Shown here in pieces: positions 1 through 14,352 of a stretch of DNA of 64,000 bases. The stretch is from Eledone cirrhosa (lineage: Eukaryota). Position numbers and translations under genes: made by a program. Every line of letters starts with the position of its first letter. Position 1 is the first letter of the stretch. The notes beneath the pieces were generated by a model. That model made no database searches, was not told the origin of the DNA, and worked only from the letters and a program-made list of their open reading frames with translations. Location of the stretch: the NCBI GenBank assembly GCA_964016885.1, contig OZ024741.1, forward strand, positions 299,646,001 through 299,710,000. The letters run 5' to 3'.

Positions 1-2094
1 ATCAAGTATGATTGATTTCAAGTGGATGTAAGGACGTGAGGTATTTAAAATAACACATCATCAACATTTAGGTATTCATAGTGTGAAGTTAGGCCCAAGG
101 ATTATAGCAGAAAAATAGCTATAACAACTTTCAAAACACCTCACAGTGTGATTGAAATTAACAAAGAACCATGAAATTACAAAGGCTTCTTATACTGTGT
201 AGGTCTTTTGTGAATACAGAACAATATTGAATTGAAATCACTGTCACATTCTAATTTCGATATGAAATCCTTGAATCTCAATGTATCAAATATGACAGTA
301 TTATTATGCTGAATATCGTCTCGTGAGAGAATCATGATAAACATCTAAACATAACATATATGTACGATTGGTCTCTTTCACGTTAGAGGAATTCAGTGGA
401 ATAATACCACTGACTATTTATGATATTAATTGAGTACAATGCTACAAAATAAATTATATATGTATACAACTGTCTATGTGAGTTTAAATTACACGAATTA
501 GTTGCGTTAAATATGTTAATAGTTAATTTATCTTTATTTAAATTCATTTTAAAGTACAAATTTCCAGAAATTGAGCCGTAATTATTTACAGGTTATACTA
601 ATTTCACGCTCCTTTCATAAATTTGATTCATAATTGTTTTTTTAGAAGCTGTCGTAATGAGAATGAGAGGAGTTGAAAAAGTAAATACCTCATAAGAAGT
701 TTTATAATAATCGAAATATTGATTTATTAGTTAAATACAAGATTGATATTTTATAGTTGGTTGTATGTTATTGAATGTCGTCCATATATTTTTCCAAGGA
801 ATTAATGGCGACTGTGTAGTGAAATAGCTTCAACCGGGTCAACCGGAATCATAATCGCTTCTTTGAGGTAAGTTACAGATGGTTTACTTCTTGATCTTAA
901 AATGTTGAAAATATGATATACAAGTCTATTAATGAACTCTTACAGTTTTTAATCACCATTATATATAGAATTATAGTAAAGGTTTACTTTAAATGAGAAT
1001 AGAGCAATGGATATTGTGTGTATTTTTACTTGTATAGTTCAAACACATTTCTATTTCTCAAGAATCAATATCTTTATATGTTCTTTAACTATACTCTATA
1101 ATCTAATCGAGACATTTTCAAATGAACTATAAAGTTCTCAAAACTTTCAGATGTTAACAAATTAACCACTTTATTGGTTAACATAAAGGCATGACCTCTA
1201 ACCTACGCTTTCAATTTATTAGGTACATCAATTCGAAGATATTCGTGGCTCAGCATTAAGACAATATTAAAGAGAGTTTTTATTGTTTTTGATTTTTTTC
1301 ACTGATGTTGCCGCTGTTGTTGCTGTGGCTGTTATTGCAGACAATGAAATCGATATTTGAATCGTTCGGTAGGGTTACAAGTGAAGCAAAAACAAATTAA
1401 ATGAAAATGTAATTGAACGGTGACAAGCTATGCAGAGAGACGGTCAACATTTATCTCCAGTCCTTATTCAAATTCAATACACCATTCAATAATATCTAAA
1501 GACCTAGTCTTTAAATTTATCAGAGAATACCCTGTCGCGACAGTGAGCTAAAGACACACGCATTAATCTATACATTATAGCTATTATATTGTGTTTTCTC
1601 ATCTGTTAAAATAATATTAAACATTACCAAATCCTGTGAATCATTGCATTATTAAATGATCTTACATCAGTTTTCTTATATATATATATATGTATACTAG
1701 CAGAAAAACCACCCTTCGAGTGGTTTTCTACTAGCATGTGTAGTGTGTATATTGATATTATACCCAAGTATATATATACATGTAGATATGTTACATCAAA
1801 TAAAATCGTAAGTGACAATATATAATACATAGAAATTGAACGAAGACTGCGTAATACAGTCTTATTTAATCAGTAACGTAATCCATGATTCATTAAAAAA
1901 GACGATATTATATATAAACTGCCATAGAAGAAAATTAGTGACAGAAAATTAGTATGTTTATTTAAGCGATGGCCAACCGGAAGTGTTGATATTTCAGAAA
2001 TTTTAAAGAAGTGAATCTTTAAATAAACAAAATAGATTTAATCAACAGCCACGAAATTTAGTAGATAAATTATGTAATATTCTTTCATTATTTA

Positions 2095-2404
2095 TTCAAA
2101 TCCCGCCGAGGTTAACTTTGCCTTTCATCCTTCCGGGGTCGATAGAATAAAGTACCAGTATTGTACTGGGTAATTGTTGGCCTTGTGCCAAACGTAGAAA
2201 CAATTATTTATTCAAAGTAAGGCGGTGGATTGGCAGTATCGGTAGAGGGTCGGACGCCATGCTTTGACGCATAGAGTTACGGCCCTTGCCATTCTGAGTT
2301 CAAATCCGGCGCAGGTTAACCTTGCGCGGGGTCGATAAAATAAAGTACCAGTAATGCACTGGGTTATCGCTGGCCTTGTGCCAAAAAGTAGAAACAATTA
2401 TTTA
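2095..2404 (+). mobile_element. Two tandem copies of a tRNA-derived Nin/Deu-core SINE (5'-truncated 2095-2210; near full-length 2221-2404)
   Basis: A-box-like TGGCAGTATCGG, B-box GAGTTCAAATCC, core GTTAACTTTGCCTTTCATCC..GGGGTCGATAAAATAAAGTACCAG and tail GTAGAAACAATTATT. ATTATTTATTCAAA recurs before, between and after the copies. Confidence 0.9.
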
Positions 2405-2482
2405 TTCAAAGTAATCCAACTTATATTACTAATGGGATAAAAAATGATAAACCGTACGCAGTCCCGCGCTCCTTACTTTATT

Positions 2483-2487
<5 letters not shown>

Positions 2488-2564
<77 letters not shown>

Positions 2565-2580
2565 AAGAGAAAGAGAGAGG
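2488..2580. repeat. (TA)n(GA)n compound microsatellite
   Basis: Directly visible. Confidence 0.95.
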
Positions 2581-2632
2581 GATAGAACGATAGATAGATA
2601 GATATATTTTGGTATTGAAAACTTACGAACGC

Positions 2633-2718
2633 ATATCCGATGAGAAGCTGAAGCAGAGTCGCGCCCAGACAATTATGATCGAAAAACGACCCGACTAATA
2701 TGGAACCAATTGTCATAT
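2633..2718 (+). ncRNA. Degenerate hammerhead-like motif
   Basis: atat-CCGATGA...GAAC-caattg-TC-atat; two core substitutions and a weak stem II. Confidence 0.3.
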
Positions 2719-2825
2719 ACAATGAATTTCAGTTCTGGTGCAACTGTTGTTTACACTTGGAGTAATGATAAATCAAGAAAGAAGAGTGACACGGTTTGCT
2801 ATACAATAAGGGCTTTAATCACATT

Positions 2826-2930
2826 GCTGACAATCGTTTCTCTGAATCGGTAGGTCTAGAGATCGCTACCCGCCTGTTTCTGCGTCAATCGTCGCCAATA
2901 CATAGTTATAACCAGTCAATTCATCAGAGC
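2826..2930 (-). ncRNA. Type I hammerhead ribozyme at the 3' end of a deleted PLE
   Basis: Minus strand gct-CTGATGA-attga...tcaga-GAAA-cgattg-TC-agc; quasi-palindromic stem III ACGATTGT, GUC site, 3-bp stem I. Confidence 0.6.
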
Positions 2931-3074
2931 TGGCGAGAATGAATGGAATACACAAGCATGGCTTCTATATATAGTAGTGGCATTCAATCAGAACAATAAC
3001 AACAATACTAACAATGCTAGCAATAAATTAGTTGAAATAATCATAACATCAATCTAAGTAAGCCATAGAGTCTA

Positions 3075-3548
3075 CTTATGACTTTAGCAAATTTTATGAT
3101 AGTCCTTCTAGCCGCTATTATTATTTCAATTTCATCAGGGGTAAGATCGGACTTATTTTGGGCAAATATAAGCGCTTTATCTAGGGTGGCATCGTAATCG
3201 TTTATATCGAATTATATGAAGTTACATGTCTCTCTATTTCTTATTTTATTGAAACATTCTATCGCCTCAGTAGTGTTACCCTATAAACTGATTTCTAGTT
3301 TTCCCTTTATTTGTGCGATTACCCTATCTTGAATATTCTTGCTAATTTTACCAATATCCGACTTAGATGGGCATATATATCTGATAGTAGGATTTGTTTC
3401 AAAATTATTTTTGTGATCCTTAAGGTTAAATGTGGGGTTCATGGGGTTAGAGGCTCGGTTCTATCGGACATTCCGAGTTTATTTACTATCCTAATGCCCT
3501 CCACGTTAATGCTGGTGAGTGTGGATTCATTTGTTTTTTTGTATTTTA
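3075..3548 (-). pseudogene. Penelope-like RT N-terminal fragment (not in the ORF track)
   Basis: Manual translation KYKKTNESTL...LKDHKNNFETNPTIRYICPSKSDIGKISK...FDINDY...AARRTIIKF, colinear with the PLE at 27557-28551; three in-frame stops. Confidence 0.85.
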
Positions 3549-4977
3549 TATATATATATATATATATATGTATAAATACTTATAATAGTTTCGATAGTTT
3601 GCAAGGAGTGTGGTATAGGGAATAAAGAGAAGCCTAGCACTAGCTACCCTATATGAGGAATATCATAATGCAATGCTAAGCAGGTCAGATTTCTAATTTT
3701 GTGTCAGTTTAATAACGCCGAGAACACATATTTTGTAAACACTCGTGATTTGAGCTAGTGTATTAACTGGCACCTACAATTTGCGTGGAGTGATGGTAAC
3801 CAAATCACTCGTCTGAATAATGTATCTTGTGCACATAGTGCATTCGCTGTTTCCTTAGAATTTATGTTGATAAACATACGTAGAATGAAATTGTTAACAA
3901 GTGTATAACTTTACTTAAACGCCGCTTCATAAAATGTATTTCATGAATGGATGCCAATTTAAATGCATATGTATTTTTACACCGAAATATCGACCCACTG
4001 AAAAGTTTTGTTCAGATATATTATGCATTGTGTCTATCTCTAGGTTATCGTTAATTGTCTGAAACCCTAAAATGTTAATGGCGGTTATGTTTCCTTCTGT
4101 AACTAGGTTGCTGCTTCGAAGAACAAATACAGTGTGTAAGGAGTCAATAAACATATCTTACTTGACAAATAATCGTTTTAAATTAATATTTTTCAAAATA
4201 ATTAACTCCTAGATGATTATCTAAGGATGGTAATGAATAGATTTTAGAAATATCTCAAACGTGAAAGATAGGATTTAGTTGAAATTTAAACGAAACTATA
4301 TCTAAAATTATATCTGTGAGAGGTAATCTCTTATTGAGTCGATTCTCTATTTCAATTACACCGCTAATGCTATGGAAATGTGGTGATTAGATAAAACATT
4401 GCTCCATTCCCCTATCAAAGTAACCTGAATTATTATGTGTGTCATGTATGATAGAGATTAAGAAATCAGTGAAATCAAGCTTAAAGATTAATATCCCTAT
4501 ACAATAGGGGATCGATCTAAAATGAGAAGGATAGGAATTTTGGAATATTTACACTTCGATGTCTAGAGATGCTTTCATAGTTGGTAAGAAACATAATCAC
4601 CAACAGTCTTAACAAACGGCTCTCATCTCATATTACTGATATCACATGAATTCCATCACATGAGCAATATACTTCAGCAATCTAGTTATGTTAATTGGAA
4701 AGCTTTATTGGAATTAACTGGGTAATGAACGGCGATTGGATGATTAGAACTAGCATTAACAGAACATGTTTCGTAATAGGGTATATACGAAAGCATATAC
4801 GATATACTTATGTAAAATAGACATACGAGAATTGCGCTAGGAATATTTTAAGCGGTAATTTGTATTGCAGCTACATCTCTATCTTGTGAAAATGTCAATC
4901 AACACGTAAAACTGCTGATATAGTTGTGATATATACATAGCTTAAAACCTTCATAGCGAGATTGTCGTATGTTTATT

Positions 4978-5086
4978 ATCCCACCGAGGTTAACTTTGCC
5001 TTTCATCCTTAAGGTGTCGATAAAATAAAGTACCAGTAATGTACTGGGTATTTGCTGCCTTGTGCCTAAAGGAGAAACACTTATTT
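4978..5086 (+). mobile_element. SINE, 5'-truncated
   Basis: Core and tail match the other copies. Confidence 0.85.
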
Positions 5087-6544
5087 CATAAACTACTCTA
5101 TTATGGATAACGACCTGGTAGTGCTACTGCACATTTATCCTAGCCAGCCAAGTTCACGCTCTATGCAAATTATCATTTGCAAAACCTGATTCATGCGCAT
5201 CCTGATTCATGCCATCCGTACCCCTCAGCTTATTCCCGCCTCAGTACCGATTGAATATATGCCACAGATGAAGTATAAATAACCATCAATAGTCGTCTCG
5301 AATTCTCACTCACTACCGAGATATTTGCGATATAATCACAACTTAAAACATATATAGTGAGACTCTCATATGTCTATTATATATACACATATCATTTATT
5401 CTTTCATTTAAACCTCTCTTTTATAAATTGTATTGATCAATTTCTCCCATGACGAATTTAAAGTTTTACTCAGTTCTTTATAAACATTGCCATGAATTTA
5501 GTAAATGTCATGTACGAAGACATATTTGAGGAAACATTAACATGAATACTTTTGAAACTCCTAATAACGCATTTATTTATTGAATCTGCCGTTTGCTTCA
5601 ATGACTACTTCAATATGATGTCTGAAACATTGAGTTGCCCGAATGAGATGTTGTTTATCTATTCCGAACATTGAGGCAGACTTCAGATTTTTAGAGTACT
5701 TTGGGGCGTTGATTGTCTCGCATCTTGACAACTCCCATTCGTAGTAGTTCAACGGATTCAGGTATGTAGAACTAGGAGGCCTTATGTTAGGGTTAACGTT
5801 GTCGGGTGAATTGTAACACTCATGGATAGTATCGACCTGATGAGACGGAGTAGAGATTGTTGGTAGGTATACAAAACCTCATACACCTCTCCAACACTAC
5901 CTTATAGTCAGCAGCATTAATCCTAAAGTTCTAAGGAAAGAGGTAAGGGAAAATGACATCTTTGTTGCACACGACTTCAAGAACCATCACAGTTTCACAA
6001 GACATTGTCTGCACGATTGCTCCAACTTATTTAGGGAAACTGATTAATTGTCTGTCATTCCTTCTGTTGATCTTTTGGTCGTAATCGAATTTGTTTCTGT
6101 TCGGAGAAAGTGTATAACATTCCAGCTCTTGTTGATTCAACGTGCTCACACACGCTTTACTCAGATCAAGCGGTTATCTTTTGATTTTGCAAACATGGAT
6201 TTAAACCTCCACATCTCATATGACACGTATCAAAGGACATCATGCCAGATTCTTCCGATAGTGGGCCTTGAAATGTTGAGATGCTAATTTACTCTCTAGT
6301 GTTTTTATTAATTTGCTTCATATTTCACACAAATATAGTTGTTCTGATGTCAGTAGGACGCTTAACAGGCGTTTTATGTTTAGCTACTGCTGTAGAATAC
6401 CCGCATGCGGGATCCAGACACATACACGTACACCAGGTCAAAATACAGGGGAGCCGAACTCCCACTTTCACAGTCTCCATGTCCCCCCCCCCCCCCATCT
6501 CACTATTATTAGGAAAGGGAGTCCCATCCTCTGGCCTCCCCATG

Positions 6545-6888
6545 ACAGAATAGAGAATGCGTTTCCCCGGAGGGTAGTAAGAGAGATGCGCTGGAAGAGT
6601 TATTCCATCTAGCAAGGCTCACAACTGCGGTTCGCCACCTCATCGCCTATGGTGGTAAGTAGGGTGGAAAGTAGGACCAGGGACACCAGAAGTCTCTACT
6701 GCTAGGGGCTCGAATGCAAACCTGCCGGAGAGCGACCGATACTGGGAGAGTTTACTCTCCTCAGCCCGAAGTACAGCAGCGCCTGGGTTAGTGGCGGACT
6801 GCACCACATTGCCGGTGGAGAATGTGTCGCTGAATGTGGCATCCCAGATGAAGGGTTTACCACCGCTGAAGGGGAAGATGGTCATCTT
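6545..6888 (-). mobile_element. 3' fragment of an RLE-type (CRE-like) non-LTR retrotransposon
   Basis: IWDAT.SDTF...AEESKLSQY..L...F.PLAVETSG, then LFQRISLTTLRGNAFSIL in another frame; typical restriction-like endonuclease C-terminus. Confidence 0.75.
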
Positions 6889-7019
6889 CTAGATGCAATA
6901 GGTGTTCCCTGTAATGCATTACAATGGCATGTTTTTAAGAACGAATATTTTCTGCATTTTGTTTAATTAAATGAGAAATATATCTTGGAAAGGGAGCCAT
7001 ACAATTATAATGGTTTATA

Positions 7020-7056
7020 CACACATACACACACACACGTGCTCACACACACAAAT

Positions 7057-7112
<56 letters not shown>

Positions 7113-7186
7113 ATGTATGTGTGTGTGTGTGTGCGTTTATGTGCGCGAGCGTGTGTTCTTTTGTATAATACACATAATACACACAG

Positions 7187-7246
<60 letters not shown>

Positions 7247-7330
7247 TATACAAAAGAACACACACGCGTGCACATACAAGCACGCACACACACGCCCCCC
7301 CCCCCCCCCCCCTCCCCACATATATATATA
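7020..7330. repeat. Compound (CA)n/(TA)n/(TG)n microsatellite with poly-C
   Basis: Directly visible. Confidence 0.9.
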
Positions 7331-10300
7331 AATAATCTATTATTGAAAATAAAATCAGAAACTGCCACATCTTTGGAGAACATGACAATAGAAAATATCA
7401 ATTTGAAATATAAATTTAATGGCATTGATTTCTGAAATAAAAAAGAACTGTTTTTTTCCTGTTCTCGAAATAATATTGATATGGTGTGTAAGTCTGAGTA
7501 AGTGATGGATATAAAATGTATATTTTATTTATTTCAAGAGACACTTTTCATCGAGAGAACACTTGAAATTTGTCTTAAATAGAAATATATTTGATAAAAA
7601 ATATTAAAATGACATTCGAATGTGTACATAAAAAAATGTACATAAGAAAATTTTGAAGAATTAACTGTGTATATATACATAATGCGTAAGTTTAGTGTAT
7701 TAGTGAATATTGCTTTATATAGTGGATGGGTCCAATTGAGTATTAACAAGTAGCTTCAAATTTGCGTGTTGTTGTTTCGATCTAACTTACACTTGGCCCA
7801 GCAAATATAGCACCAAAATATTTTTAGTTGGTTTCTCTTCCAGATAAACAATGCTGAAGATTTCCTTGTCTAACTTATCCTGGCTTTTTGAACAGAAAAG
7901 TGTGATTGGAGTGCACTGCTCTGATAATTTCAAACAGGTCAAATAAATACATTTCTTACAATATTAGCTAGACATGTTTATGTCCTTATTATTTAGGCTT
8001 AATCGATGAACTTTATGATCAGTTTAGAATATCTCGTTCAATTTGACTATATTTTTCATTACGAACGTTGAAAATAGGACAATTTCACTCACCTAAATTA
8101 GTATGTATTTCAATGTGTAGGCGCCCATTGTTCGTTCTAGACTGCAGAAGGAGGGGCGACAATCCTTCTGCCCTCCCAGAAAGCAAGGATAAGAGAAATC
8201 GTGTGGTCCTTATTTTGTTCTACTTTACCCAAATGCTACTTTTCGCCATTCAGAGAAAACTAAAACCAATACCAAATTAGATAATCGTTCTAAAACCTTA
8301 CGTTGCAGAATCATTAGTATTATTCTATGCAGAAATATAAACGATTCACTCCATCTATAGTTTGGAAAAATGTACAAATATAAATAAAAATGGTTGAGCT
8401 TCGATACTATGTAAAATTTTATATTTGAAAATATAATCATCACAAGATAGATACCTATAGCAGTTGAATAAATCGGGTAAAATATCCCGAGTGATGCGTT
8501 TTGACACTCCACGGGCGTCCTTATAAACTATTGCTACATTTGTCTATAGTGTAGCAACAAGTTTCAAATTATAGTAACATATTACGAAATCAAAACATTT
8601 GACGAACTGCTGTCTGTAGAAAATGATTATGGGCGGAAGCTATATATTTGCAGACTGCGGGGTGATGTTATCTAATCGCTGTCATATGTAAGGGATTGTA
8701 TATTCTCTGACTGGCTCTAGAAAAATACTATTTCCCATTAAGACATTCAAATAATATGTCTCGAAAGAGCTTTGGCGATTAGAAATGACATTTAAATAAT
8801 CATACGGACATTATATATAGTAAACGGGCATGATACAATTGAAGAAAACCTCAATTCAAATATCTTGCAATATCAGAGGTTATTAAAATCCTTTTAGAAT
8901 ATTAAGTTTGTCTCCATATCTTCATATAATGTTTACTTTGTCTAAGATCGATATCCCATTAAGCATTCATACTTTACTTGAGTATACGACACAGTCAATT
9001 GTTGTTTTAGCTTATTCCCCACGAAACGTTGGATCAGTAGACCTATGATCAACATATTTCCAGAAGTGCCCATGTTGTTCTCAGACGGTGTATCTAAAAC
9101 TACATTATCAATTCTGTACACCCTCTATAAAGACGTAAGAATATAATTTTAGTGATATGTGTGCAATTCCTCTCACGTGGCCGATGAATCATTAAAAGGA
9201 AGATGCCGTATCTCTTCAATTATTACAGCATAGATTACGTAGTTTTGAGTACATAGATTAATAGAGATTAATTATATAATCAGCACTGCACTACTATAAA
9301 GTGCTTCAATCATTCTAAATTCTCTCCTAATTGATTGCGAATAAATGCTTTCTATATACACTTCATTTCGGAAGTAAATCTCCTTTAGCAATACAATGTT
9401 ACATAAATATTTGCATACTTAAACGACTATATGTCGTAAATTTTTAATAACGATGTGGCGATACAAATGGAATTAGTTTATTATTCCAAGATATGTACAA
9501 TGTTTTGAATGAATTGGGTGGGTTCTATCAACATCCACTGTTGGAGTCCGTTCGTGACTCTTAATCGGTGTAGTATAGTATTTTTCCGAAGATGGAAGAA
9601 ATAAGGTTAGTGAACGCTCGTCAAACACAGTCTTGATAGGACACATGATGCTGACGCAACCACGATAGTCAGTGAATCTATAGATGTATCACTCTACCGA
9701 GTATACGTACCCACACAAATATATTCCATAATTCCATATGACATTTTCACGTTGTTTAAATATGCAAACCGTTGAACGTAGGCACCAACACTGCAAAGTT
9801 TCCTTATATTCCCGCTTTCAGACTGTAGCAAATGATTTGAGGGGAGTTGTCCCTGCTATTTGTAGAAAACTAAATGATGCGTAGGTCCCCTCCCTTATTT
9901 GACATTCAATATCATGCTTGATAAATACACTTTTTATGAGTATAAACGCCTTACTAGTTTATCTTTCTAAGAAATCCAGATCATTTAAACCAAATTAGCT
10001 TTCAGGAATTATATCAATATGTTCATAGTATTCTTAATGTAAGTTCATAAATATAACATAAGTCACCTCAACCCCAAATGTGTTTGATTTATCAATAAAA
10101 TATATCACAAGAAGAATATTGTTAACAAATACATACCGATATCACAATAGAGAAGGTTCGTATTCATAGAAACTCACTGAAACTAACCTAAAAAAATAGA
10201 AATCATAATAGGTGATTCTTGAAAAAGATTCTATAGAAAGATGGAATCACTTTTCTATAGATGTTAATTTCTTCATATCAAACATCACAATGGTAATTGT

Positions 10301-12369
10301 ATAAAGATAGGTCAGAATACAGAACAAAATATGGTACCAAATAAATGGTATTGTATTGCTTCTAAAGACAGAATGATATTCTTATTCCATAAATGTGACT
10401 GAGAAAAATATCGACATAATTTTCATTTGAATTACAAGTAATTTGGTCGTATCATAACTATTTCACCACACACCTGAATATTATTGACTATTTAATACTG
10501 CTTTCCTTTGCTCTGTCACAGATTGTAATGAAAGATATTTATCTATTGAATCGAAGCCAATATATTACCATGATGTTATACAACTTAAGAACCTGTGTGC
10601 ATTTTAGAAATCAGTATATTATCATAGCAGAAATGTAGACTGGTCAAAGTATCGTGCGAAATATTTGAAACTAGAAATGTAATATAGAAAACTACCTACG
10701 AAAACGATTACGTTTCAGCATCATCCAGAAGTAGCGATCTCCTCCAATGAAATTGGGTAGATGGAAATCGGAACAAAAGCTATTAAACGGACTCTACTTA
10801 TGTTTTAAAGGAGAGAGGCGTTTTCAATCAACTTCCGACTGAATGTGTCTGCTCCTTCCGTTAATGGTGGGCAACAGGTGCAGCAATCAACTATACACAC
10901 TCACATCCAATGGTAAAATAAGTATAGTTGCAACGATTTGAACTGGAAGTTTGATACCATGTAGGTAACTCCGTATTCCACGTATGTATGATTATATACC
11001 ATCATCTTCCACCATTACCATTGTCCAATGCAAGGTGATAAATACTGCTATCCTGAACCAGTTTCATCTATTCAATGGCAATAAACCTATCGATATTACC
11101 TTTCTATACCATCCTCTGTTTATGTGAAGTGCCCTACTCTGTCTCACTTTTAAACACAGCATTACTCATCTGTTGTTATTTGTTTATACTGCATGTAATA
11201 ATTACTTCTGATCTCTCATTGATTACATATACTTTATAATGTTTAGATATTGTTCACATTCTTACCCATTGGTAAGATTTTTATATCAATGACTTGGATG
11301 AAAAAGTCGTTGCCACCTTCGACAACATAACACCATGAGGAACAATTGTTTATAATTGTTGAACAGATATATTGGAAGTAATAATCATAATTCTTACAGA
11401 CTAGACGTAAAATGGTACAAATTCTGAAATAATACATATTGTAACTGGTTGGCTTACTATGTCTACGACAGAATAAAGGAAATAAGACTCATTAAGTTCA
11501 CTAAGTCACCCAATTTCATCTAATCCAGTTAGTACAAATGCCTACCTCAGTCGTTACTAGTAAATTACAAAAGTAAAATTCAATATCATTTTAGCTTATG
11601 GATAAACCAACACCAATGGTACCTCACCATCAATTTCTATAAGACAAATGAAGTGTAAAATTTCTCAACTTATCAAAGCCAAATAGTGATAATATTGTGG
11701 AGAAACGACCTGAAATGGCAAAGGATTACCCTGAGCTATAGACTGAATTAAAATCACCAGAGTAGTTAAGTAATGTATCTATTATGGAATTCGAAATTAA
11801 TATGACGGGAATGATACGCAAATGAGACAAAATATGAATTCTGTATAGTCGATGACACAAGAGCCTGTACTAAATTTCAAAGATATGCAACAATACATAG
11901 TCCTTATCACACAGGATATGTTATATAAAATATATGCATTTTCCCAAAAAGGTACCAATTTATTGTTTCAAAATTGGTAAGTCTTGAAAGAGTTATCAAA
12001 CATAATAATTGTAACATTCTCATTTTAAGTATAATAATAAATATAAATGTTACATTATTATCCAATTTTTGTTTGCTATAGTCACTTAATTCGCTTTTCG
12101 ATTAGTTTCGCAAGATGGGTTGATGAAAAATACATAAATTAAATAAAAATGAATATATACACAGAATAAAGAGACTTCCAACAATATGGTCCTGACTATT
12201 CGGCATTTGTAAACTGTGAATATTTCTGTTAAAATCTCAACAACATTAAATTAACAACCCAATAAGCGTCATATAAGACACAAAAGAAAAAGAAAACTAT
12301 GAAAACAAAATAGAGGAAGAAAAAAAAACTATGGAAAGAACAAGAACAACACGGTTTATGAGAACTAAG

Positions 12370-12580
12370 ACACACATAAGCACACATACACGCACACACA
12401 CGCATACACACACACCCATACAAACACACACACACACATACACACCCACACCCACGCACACACACACACACAAACACATACACACATACACATACACATA
12501 CACACTGACACCCACGCGCACATACACATACACCCGTACGCACACCTCCACACACATACAGACACGCACACCCACACGCC
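12370..12580. repeat. Degenerate (CA)n microsatellite
   Basis: Directly visible. Confidence 0.9.
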
Positions 12581-12609
12581 TAATTCTCTCCTTACTGTAT
12601 TATAATAAA

Positions 12610-12787
12610 TAATTGTTTCTACTTTAGGCACAAGGCCAGCAATTTCCCAGTACTTTATTTAATCGACCCCGTAAGGATGAAAGGCAAAGTCAACCTCGGC
12701 GCGATTTGAACTCAGATCGTTAAGGGACGTAACTATGCAGGAAAGCATGGCGTCCGACCTATCTACCGTTAATGCCAATCCACCGCC
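12610..12787 (-). mobile_element. SINE, full-length with target-site duplication
   Basis: Reverse complement of the family consensus; TTATAATAAATAATTGTT on both sides. Confidence 0.9.
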
Positions 12788-13183
12788 TTGTGTTATAATA
12801 AATAATTGTTGACAAACATTTCTTTCATGAATCCATTTACAAATTCGCTTTACTGCTGGAGAATATAAGGTAAAAAACAAACAAACAAAATACAAACGTG
12901 AACAAAATAAAAGCAAAAGTTAAAAGAAAGGATAAAGAAGGAAAGCAAATATTTCTTCGAGACAAATTGGATTCGAGCGTCAAACTAAGTTTTAAAAGGA
13001 AAGAGAAACACCTTCTAGTGTTGGCGTAATTTAATGTAAGAGGGACATGATTTCATGTACATACACATATACTTGCATATACACACACATACTAACATAG
13101 ATACACATATATATACATGCATACACATACATATATATGTGTATGAAATTGTATATATTGTATACATGGTCAGTTATCTGTAT

Positions 13184-13227
<44 letters not shown>

Positions 13228-13534
13228 TATATATATAAAATATACTCATTCATATATACATACATGCAATCTCACATACACACACACACATTAATATGCA
13301 TATATATTTTGATACTATTAAACTAATAAATATATACATAACATGAGCCCGGGTTCAATCGGGGGTAACCACAGTAAGTAAGGTACTCAATACATTAGTA
13401 GAGTGTACACCACCTTCCGCAACCTCCAGGTAACATATAAATACAAAGGTCTTAAAAGGACAGTCAGCTTTACTGAAGATTTCTTTTGTATGATATAGTT
13501 ATAGTCGGGGAGAACCCAATTCTATATCAAACAT

Positions 13535-13579
<45 letters not shown>

Positions 13580-13768
13580 TCTGTCACTACCTCTCCTCCT
13601 CCTCTTTCCTCCTCCTCTTTCCTCCTCCTCCTTCAAGTTTGACCTGTGTGTAATTCTTTTCTCGCGCAGTCTTGACCGAGCTGGTATGAAATTTTTTTCT
13701 CTCTCTCTTTCGTCTGCGACTTCACAAAACTTGCGTTTACCGAATTCGTAGACCAGACCACCTTATCC

Positions 13769-13897
13769 TCTTCTTCTTCTTCTTCTTCTTCTTCTTCTTC
13801 TTCTTCTTCTTCTTCTTCTTCTTCTTCTTCTTCTTTTTCTTCTTCTTCTTCTTCTTCTTCCTCTTCTCTCCTTTTTCTTTCTCTCTCTCTCTCTCTT
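13769..13897. repeat. (TTC)n/(TC)n microsatellite
   Basis: Directly visible. Confidence 0.95.
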
Positions 13898-14196
13898 TTT
13901 TCCCCCCCGTCAAACTTGGGCGAAATTCTTTCCTTGCTCACATTTCTACCAGGTTCGATGGTCTTTCGTCTCTTGTTCACGATTTCACAGAGTTTATATT
14001 CATAGAGATCTGGGACTTGTCTATTTCTACTCACTTTCCGTTGCTTAAACCCTTTTGTTGTTACTCTAGCGTCCCCCTTTATTTACGTGTCCCAACGACT
14101 TTTTTTAGCCGTTGTTCGCACCAACCTGAGGCATATGGCCCTTAAAGCGATGAAATGCCGAGGACGGTTGGAGGGTCACTGATGAAGGACTCACTT

Positions 14197-14299
<103 letters not shown>

Positions 14300-14305
14300 T
14301 ACAGG

Positions 14306-14352
14306 CTTCTACAGGACTCGAACTATTTCATTCGTGCGAAATCATCAGGAAG
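14306..14352 (-). ncRNA. Compact type I hammerhead ribozyme (left arm of a ~95-bp palindrome, 14305-14400)
   Basis: cttc-CTGATGA-t-ttc(gcac)gaa-t-GAAA-tag(ttcgagtc)ctg-TA-gaag; all three stems pair; GUA site. Confidence 0.65.

Noticed and set aside
1695-1736. CTAG-flanked small hairpin resembling a Helitron 3' end
   Set aside because: Too short, with no matching 5' end in a consistent position.
2221-2310. SINE heads as tRNA genes
   Set aside because: A/B boxes are present, but there is no cloverleaf and the heads are fused to the SINE core.
5697-5761. Possible host exon (AG...CAG|GTATGT)
   Set aside because: It has stops in all three frames; no supported host exons were found, though short exons cannot be excluded by eye.
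5837-5900. Isolated CTGANGA heptamers (also near 7855, 13474, 14179, 29147, 29791, 48358 and 53079)
   Set aside because: No compatible GAAA, NUH site and stem I could be built; 14179 and 29147 may be interrupted remnants.
6971-7435. ORFs rich in HT, CV, YI, E, K, S or L runs here and at 12.2-14.5, 16.8, 21.9, 36.5, 43.2, 48.6, 51.5 and 56.2 kb
   Set aside because: They are translations of microsatellites that lack stop codons.
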